A stretch of DNA of 64,000 nt from an uncultured virus (IMG/VR IMGVR_UViG_2684622556_000001). Taxonomy: Duplodnaviria > Heunggongvirae > Uroviricota > Caudoviricetes. The stretch lies in the IMG/VR virus record IMGVR_UViG_2684622556_000001. One strand, 5' to 3'. Made by a program: the position numbers and the translations under genes. Below the pieces are notes generated by a model that was not told where the DNA came from, did no database searches, and saw nothing but the letters and a program-made list of their open reading frames with translations. Each line of letters starts with the position of its first letter. The first letter of the stretch is position 1. Positions 59,262-64,000 of the stretch are shown here, piece by piece.

Positions 59262-59476
59262 CCCCTAAGCCAACGCTGCACCGTGTTGGTGGATCGGTTA
59301 ATTAGCGCGGCAATCTCCCGCACTGAGCCTCCGGCGGCTTTCGCTTCACGGACAGCGGCGCGGAGGTCTTCTGTGGCCATGTCGGCTTGTGTGGCGGCTG
59401 CGAGCAGCCTGGATCGTTGAGGCTCGGGGGTTTCTCCCCGCCTCAACGCTTTCCATCCAACTGAAGGTCGGCCCAT
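59258..59476 (-). CDS. Small HTH protein
   Basis: G.SVREIAALINRSTNTVQRWLR; true start may be the TTG at 59446. Confidence 0.7.
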   Translation of the reverse strand: MGRPSVGWKALRRGETPEPQRSRLLAAATQADMATEDLRAAVREAKAAGGSVREIAALINRSTNTVQRWLRG

Positions 59477-59616
59477 GCCTTCAGGAGGTCTGTGTACTTT
59501 TCGTATGGAACAACGATTGCCACCGGCTTTTCGTCGCCGACGGCGATCGGGTAGTCACTCCCACCCTTGATCGCTTTCCACAGGTTATCTATGTCGATTT
59601 CCGGCAAGTCTGGCAT
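59443..59616 (-). CDS. Small Phd/YefM-like protein, leaderless
   Basis: PIAV....KPVAIVVPYEKY..L; TACAAT-N6-ATG upstream. Confidence 0.55.
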   Translation of the reverse strand: MPDLPEIDIDNLWKAIKGGSDYPIAVGDEKPVAIVVPYEKYTDLLKAWADLQLDGKR

Positions 59617-59711
59617 GTCTCGATTGTAGCGCTTATCGCTACGGTGTGACACCCCAAATCCAACAACTGAATAGAGCCCTCGAAGCGCCCCATGAAAGGC
59701 GGTTCAAACAA

Positions 59712-59930
59712 ATGTCCATCCGAGATCTACTCACTGAGCGATCCAAGCCAAAGCCAGCGGTATGTACCACATGCCAATGGTTCGCAACTCAGCCAGAAGA
59801 TGAGCAGGCTGCAGCCAAAGAATGGGCGGCGGCAGGCTTCTCCAGCGCGGAGTTGTGGCGCGGCATAAGGGAGTTGGGGTATCCATTGGGCGAGGCAGCA
59901 TTACGCCGCCATTTCAAGGAATGTAGTTGA
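59712..59930 (+). CDS. Small Cys/His protein
   Basis: CTTC.W...LRRHFKEC; RBS GAAAGG. Confidence 0.65.
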   Translation: MSIRDLLTERSKPKPAVCTTCQWFATQPEDEQAAAKEWAAAGFSSAELWRGIRELGYPLGEAALRRHFKECS

Positions 59931-61123
59931 GTATCCGCGACAGCCTGAACAAGCGGCGTCCCGTGGCCGAGGAGTCGGCGCCGGAGCAGGCGAAGATGCG
60001 TGCGGAGTGGGACGGCACCGCTGGATTCATTCAGACCGGCAAGGTCTCAGATGACTTCGACGAGCAGGACTTCGAGGGCATCCTTCGCGAGTTCGCCGAC
60101 GAACTGCACTACGACCCAGCCAAGGTTGAGATAGCCGGTAACCCACAGGTCGTGGTGTGGGAGACAGGCTTCCGCAACAAAGATGGGGAGTGGGAGAAGC
60201 ACAAGCACCACTCATGGCGCTATCACCTCGCTGTGCGGCGCTGGGCTGTCGACCTACCCGCCTTGTATGCGGAGGTCCGCAGAACCAAGCCGGTGCAGCC
60301 GAAGAAACCCACAGGTGAATCAACGGTTGTGGTGTGCTGGGCTGATATTCAGACCGGGAAGGTCGACCACCTCGGCGGTGTCAAAGAGCTGTTGCTGCGC
60401 CTTCAGGAAAAGCGGGAAAACCTGAATGCCTACCTGAAACGTTCAAGGTTCGATCGCATCATCATCGCGGACGTGGGTGACATTGTGGAGGGCTTCGACA
60501 ATGTAACAGCCCAAACCCGCACCAACGGACTATCTCTCATGGATCAGGTCGAGGTCGCCGCCACGGAGTTCTGGAAGACCATCACCCTGTGCGCCAAGCA
60601 TGCCCCCGTGGATGTGCTGTCCATCCCGTCCAATCACGGCCAGTGGCGGCGTGGAAAGGATCTGATCGGGAAGCCCACCGATGACTGGGGATTGGCTATT
60701 TCTAAGCGTCTTGAATGGCACAATAACCCCGACAACCAGGGCCCGAATCTGCCGGTAGAGTTCCACCGGCCGCCCGAGTGGTGCGAGACGCTGCAGTTCG
60801 ATGTACGCGGCACCAGGTTAGGACTGGCGCACGGCCACCAAGCCTCCGGTGCTGACCGGGTTAAGACGTGGTGGGAGAAGATGACCCACGGCGGCGTTAT
60901 GGACTGCCACGTCCTGCTGACTGGACATTTCCACTACGCCAGCCTCCGGCCACATGGGCGGGATCAAGTCACAGGTAAGGCGCGCTGGCACATCCAAGCC
61001 TCAACCCTGGACAACGGTTCAGCGTGGGTGATGAACAAGATGGGCGAAGACGGAGATCCGGCATTGACGGTGTTCCAGATCAACAACGACGGCTTCGACG
61101 TACAGAGCTTTGCACTCCTTTGA
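59927..61123 (+). CDS. Calcineurin-like metallophosphoesterase
   Basis: AD.Q.GK, GDIVEG, SNHG, AHGH, TGHFH. Confidence 0.8.
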   Translation: MSIRDSLNKRRPVAEESAPEQAKMRAEWDGTAGFIQTGKVSDDFDEQDFEGILREFADELHYDPAKVEIAGNPQVVVWETGFRNKDGEWEKHKHHSWRYHLAVRRWAVDLPALYAEVRRTKPVQPKKPTGESTVVVCWADIQTGKVDHLGGVKELLLRLQEKRENLNAYLKRSRFDRIIIADVGDIVEGFDNVTAQTRTNGLSLMDQVEVAATEFWKTITLCAKHAPVDVLSIPSNHGQWRRGKDLIGKPTDDWGLAISKRLEWHNNPDNQGPNLPVEFHRPPEWCETLQFDVRGTRLGLAHGHQASGADRVKTWWEKMTHGGVMDCHVLLTGHFHYASLRPHGRDQVTGKARWHIQASTLDNGSAWVMNKMGEDGDPALTVFQINNDGFDVQSFALL

Positions 61124-61148
61124 TACCCACTGATACTTGGGAGCCGCG

Positions 61149-61373
61149 ATGAGTGAACACCCCGACGAACTCATGCAGAAGTACGTCGAAGCGATGGATC
61201 AAGAACCCGGCTGGCGGGTATCAGATTTCGTGCTCATGGTCGGTTTCGAGAGAGTCCAAGCGGACGGCACCATAGAGCACACCTACGGCGTGTATGAAGG
61301 TGAGAACCAATCGACCTGGGCTACACACGGTTTAGTCGCCAACGGTATAGAACACCTAGAACGAACTGAGTGA
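61149..61373 (+). CDS. Hypothetical protein
   Basis: RBS GGGAG; W.V.DFVL...Q..W...GL. Confidence 0.65.
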   Translation: MSEHPDELMQKYVEAMDQEPGWRVSDFVLMVGFERVQADGTIEHTYGVYEGENQSTWATHGLVANGIEHLERTE

Positions 61374-61376
61374 CTA

Positions 61377-61694
61377 TTACTGGCTGTTCCAGTGGGCTAG
61401 GTCTTCATCGTCGATCAGTGTGACGACGATCTGAGCGATTCGCTCGTCGCTCTCGTCAGTGCCGTAGTCCACGATCCACGCCCAGATGTCGTAGCCGCCG
61501 TCGCCGAATCCTGCCGAAAACTGCACCCCGGACCCGTACTTACTGAATAGGTTGTGACCGCTACCGATTCCTGGATACTTGGCCGGAGCAAAAGCGGGGT
61601 CGGTGATCGCGGCCATGGCCGAGTCGACCGAGACGCCGCCGATGCGTTCCCATCGACCGTTGCGGCCCGGGGCTGGTGTTGGTGGTTGACCCAT
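61377..61694 (-). CDS. Hypothetical protein, cargo of element F
   Basis: IG.V.VDSA...I.DP...SAGFGDGGY motif (DUF4241-like). Confidence 0.7.
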   Translation of the reverse strand: MGQPPTPAPGRNGRWERIGGVSVDSAMAAITDPAFAPAKYPGIGSGHNLFSKYGSGVQFSAGFGDGGYDIWAWIVDYGTDESDERIAQIVVTLIDDEDLAHWNSQ

Positions 61695-61735
61695 CCCTCA
61701 ATTTTACGGCGCTACAGCAGTATCCACGGGGTCTA
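61692..61735 (-). promoter_or_regulatory. 44-nt element, copy F
   Basis: TAGACCCCGTGGATACTGCTGTAGCGCCGTAAAATTGAGGGATG. Confidence 0.75.
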
Positions 61736-61739
61736 ACTG

Positions 61740-61925
61740 TTACGTCCGAGGGTCATCCGACTTTCGGGTGAATAAAAACTGGCGTCCACAATCCTCACTC
61801 GGACAAACGGCAACATCGCCCCATGCATGACGTGACGGCGGAACTTCTGTGACACGGGCAAGACTTGGCCCGCACCGATCGATTTGCCCGGCCAGATCGC
61901 ATGCCGCACATTCGGGGTTGGTCAT
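61740..61925 (-). CDS. Small Cys-rich protein (61 aa), cargo of element E
   Basis: MTNPECAAC...CPSEDCGRQF. Confidence 0.65.
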   Translation of the reverse strand: MTNPECAACDLAGQIDRCGPSLARVTEVPPSRHAWGDVAVCPSEDCGRQFLFTRKSDDPRT

Positions 61926-61967
61926 ACCCTCAATTATCCGGCGTTTCAACCGGAGTCGCGGTGTTTA
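61923..61967 (-). promoter_or_regulatory. 45-nt element, copy E (38 bp identical to copy A)
   Basis: TAAACACCGCGACTCCGGTTGAAACGCCGGATAATTGAGGGTATG. Confidence 0.8.
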
Positions 61968-61998
61968 GGCCCCGCGCGAGGAGAGCGCGCAGGGAACT

Positions 61999-62022
61999 AG
62001 CGCACTGTACCGTGCGCTTTTT
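61999..62022 (+). terminator. Intrinsic terminator
   Basis: AGCGCAC-TGTACC-GTGCGCT followed by TTTT. Confidence 0.65.
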
Positions 62023-62106
62023 CAGATGTATCCGGCAGAACGCCCAAATCCGGGCTTCTACCTGCGTGTTTCTTTTTCATCCACAACCTAATCGGGGAGG
62101 GTTCCC

Positions 62107-62349
62107 ATGGCTTTACATCCATCTGATTGGGCGTGGATCACTATGGCTGCTGGGATCGTCGCCTACGAGATAGCTTGCCCACCGGGGGAGCTGCTATCGG
62201 ACGCCACTACCCGCTACGGGCAGTCCCACATGTTCCTCAGCTCCGCCGTGATCGGAGTAGTGGCCGTACATCTGCTGCGCACCACCGGACTGCTTCGGTT
62301 CATCCCTGAACAGCTCGACCTAATCCATTTGTTGGCTTCACTGAAATGA
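62107..62349 (+). CDS. Small membrane protein
   Basis: AW.......YE..CP.GELLS; two hydrophobic segments; RBS GGAGG. Confidence 0.7.
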   Translation: MALHPSDWAWITMAAGIVAYEIACPPGELLSDATTRYGQSHMFLSSAVIGVVAVHLLRTTGLLRFIPEQLDLIHLLASLK

Positions 62350-62411
62350 GAGGACACCGCTATGTGCAGAGTTGAGACTTGGAAGTGTGGCCTGCCGACT
62401 GGTACTCCGCG

Positions 62412-62747
62412 GTGAATGTGGCTGAGGTAGTCGGCTTGATCGCTGGCTCATCGCTCCTGTCCTCGCTTGGTGTCGCACTCCTTTCCCGCAAGAGCAACAC
62501 CTTCTCCAAATTCACCGAAGCCTATGAAGCCCTCGCTGATCGGGTGACCAAGCTTGAGGAGAAGCTGGAAACCGTAGAGGGTGCGCTCGAGGTTGAGCGT
62601 GACCAGCACTCAAAGGCCCGCGATCTACTGCGGATTGCGCTGCGCTACATCCGCGATGTTCTTTCCTGGGGGGTGGGAGACCGCGCCCATCCGCTACCTG
62701 AACCGCCCCCGGAGCTCTTTCGGCACCTCGAGCAGCAAGACTCCTAG
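62412..62747 (+). CDS. Membrane protein with coiled coil
   Basis: N-terminal TM helix, coiled coil, PxPP tail; ORF extends to 62379; its TAG begins element G. Confidence 0.65.
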   Translation: MNVAEVVGLIAGSSLLSSLGVALLSRKSNTFSKFTEAYEALADRVTKLEEKLETVEGALEVERDQHSKARDLLRIALRYIRDVLSWGVGDRAHPLPEPPPELFRHLEQQDS

Positions 62748-62788
62748 ACCCCGCCGTTAGCGCTTACCGCCAATAGAATTGGGGTATG
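62745..62788 (+). promoter_or_regulatory. 44-nt stop-to-start element, copy G
   Basis: TAGACCCCGCCGTTAGCGCTTACCGCCAATAGAATTGGGGTATG. Confidence 0.7.
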
Positions 62789-63070
62789 GAGCTGACCGAG
62801 GGCAACATGCCGGACCCGCCCGAAGGGTGTGAGTGGGCGGTATCTACCATCCAGAACCCCGCAAGTATCTGCGTGAAGCTAAGGATGTCCAACGGCAACA
62901 CTTACGAGGGCACATACACCGTGCCCACACTGAACGACGAGGACTACAACCACAGAGCAGCCGCCTGGATGGCGGCCGAAATCCTGGAGTATCTACCCGG
63001 AACACTGCCCTACATAGGCAGTGGAAGACCTAAGCCCACACCTCCGCTGTCGGTCACCGGTACGACATAG
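62786..63070 (+). CDS. Hypothetical protein, cargo of element G
   Basis: MPDPPEGCEW.V...VKLR...A.WMA.EIL; paralog of the 23919 ORF. Confidence 0.7.
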   Translation: MELTEGNMPDPPEGCEWAVSTIQNPASICVKLRMSNGNTYEGTYTVPTLNDEDYNHRAAAWMAAEILEYLPGTLPYIGSGRPKPTPPLSVTGTT

Positions 63071-63093
63071 AAGTCACCCCTCGCTTCACAGCC

Positions 63094-63144
63094 GCCCCCG
63101 GCTCCCGTGCTTCCCCCCAGCATGGTTGAGCCGGGGGCTTTTTT
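63094..63144 (+). terminator. Intrinsic terminator between element G cargo and integrase
   Basis: GCCCCCGGCTC/GAGCCGGGGGC stem followed by T6. Confidence 0.75.
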
Positions 63145-63168
63145 GCGTTTCCGGTGGTTGGTTTCGAA

Positions 63169-64000
63169 TCAGCTGCCTGGCACTAGCACTGCGAGGGCGT
63201 CCATCATCGTCGAGTTCCTTGCCTGATCGGCGTGTGCGTAGATCCTCGTGACTTCCGGGGAGTTGTGTCCCAGGATCTCCATGCGAGTCTGCTCGTCCGC
63301 GCCCGCGGCGCGCAGCACTGTGGCGGTGGTGTGGCGGGTGCTATGCAGCGGCATGGTCTCGCCCTCCCCGATGATCCCGGCGTCCCGCAGGAGTTTGTGC
63401 CATGCCTGGTTATCGTCATTCGGAATGACTGGTGCGCCGTCGGCGCGGTGGAACACAAGGTTATGCGGATTGGGTCCGCAATCCTTCTCGCGGAGCTGCG
63501 CCAGTGCCAGCCGTAGCGGCTCAATGACGGGCACCCACCGCTTCCCCGCCTCTGATTTAGGTCGGGTTAGCGCCAGGGATGCATGTAGCGGTTCGTACTC
63601 AAACTTCACGGGCATATCCCATTTCGGGTCGGTGCAGTGGCCACCATTCTTGCGACCACACGGCCACTTCTCGCCGACCTTTTCACCGCAGCCGTGTGCG
63701 CGCTTGAGCTGCTGTAGCTGCCAAGTGATGTCCACCGCCCCGCCTTTGAGGTCCACTCGATCCCATGTCAGCCCAAGCGATTCACCTTGCCGAGTCCCCG
63801 TAAGGAAGAGGAATAACCACCGGGTGGCCTCCATCTGATTGCGGTGTTTGACCGCGTACGCGAGCAGCTTGTGCACGTCGCCGATAGATAGCGCCGTCCG
63901 ATCACCCTTGGATACTTCGGGCGCATCCACCGGGGCGGCGACGTTCCGTTTGATAAGACCCTCTGCGACCGCATCCTTGAGGGCCTTGTGCAACACCACG
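63169..64000 (-). CDS. int: Tyrosine integrase, C-terminal part (5' end beyond the window)
   Basis: TGTRQGE.LGL.W, K, HSTRHT, LGH, TRIYAH catalytic residues. Confidence 0.92.
   Translation of the reverse strand, partial: VVLHKALKDAVAEGLIKRNVAAPVDAPEVSKGDRTALSIGDVHKLLAYAVKHRNQMEATRWLFLFLTGTRQGESLGLTWDRVDLKGGAVDITWQLQQLKRAHGCGEKVGEKWPCGRKNGGHCTDPKWDMPVKFEYEPLHASLALTRPKSEAGKRWVPVIEPLRLALAQLREKDCGPNPHNLVFHRADGAPVIPNDDNQAWHKLLRDAGIIGEGETMPLHSTRHTTATVLRAAGADEQTRMEILGHNSPEVTRIYAHADQARNSTMMDALAVLVPGS

Larger units (their letters stand above)
2200..64000. mobile_element. Temperate siphoviral prophage integrated at tRNA-Leu(TAA); right att beyond the window
   Basis: Complete gene order of repressor/Cro, early genes, terminases, portal, capsid, tail, lysis and tyrosine integrase. 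The left boundary is approximate (assumed in the 3' half of the tRNA). Confidence 0.92.

Noticed and set aside
61731..61743. TAAC-A-GTTAGAC resembling integron attC R''/R' boxes
   Set aside because: Only 1 nt separates the boxes, the other six copies lack GTT, and no IntI-type features are evident in the visible integrase.
62352..62415. GGACACCGC-TATG and a 17-codon ORF as another element copy
   Set aside because: Lacks the hairpin and -10; better explained as an RBS plus a gene remnant.

Overview
Mycobacterial chromosome. GC-rich sequence, a fatty acyl-AMP ligase and mycobacteriophage-type genes point to a mycobacterium, and the M. abscessus group is plausible but inferred. Positions 1-1842 are a host FadD/FAAL gene, followed by tRNA-Leu(TAA) at 2162-2238. 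From that tRNA to the end of the window (~62 kb) lies an apparently near-complete siphoviral prophage; its tyrosine integrase runs off the right edge. Left to right it carries: accessory genes (DUF732 membrane protein, acyltransferase-3, multi-TM protein); a repressor/Cro switch; early genes (two ParB/DGQHR-fold proteins, excisionase-like, HNHs, DNA methyltransferase, nucleotidase plus DUF5664, a replication initiator with a perfect 770-bp tandem duplication, two WhiB); a divergent Phd/RelE toxin-antitoxin pair; four glycosyltransferases; packaging, head and tail genes; lysin A, holin and lysin B; and small accessory genes. The most striking unexplained structure is a dispersed family of seven 44-45-nt elements, TA(G/A)AC(A/C)CCG-N20-[-10 hexamer]-TG(A/G)GG(T/G)-ATG, where N20 forms a covarying hairpin. 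Five of the seven start exactly on the upstream gene's stop codon, and all seven end on the ATG of a small, apparently leaderless cargo gene, some in tandem. This looks like a gene-cassette or moron-regulon system. Also notable: capsid and tail-tube proteins both end in -AGS next to a four-glycosyltransferase module (candidate virion glycosylation). All product calls come from motif recognition only; no database searches were run.
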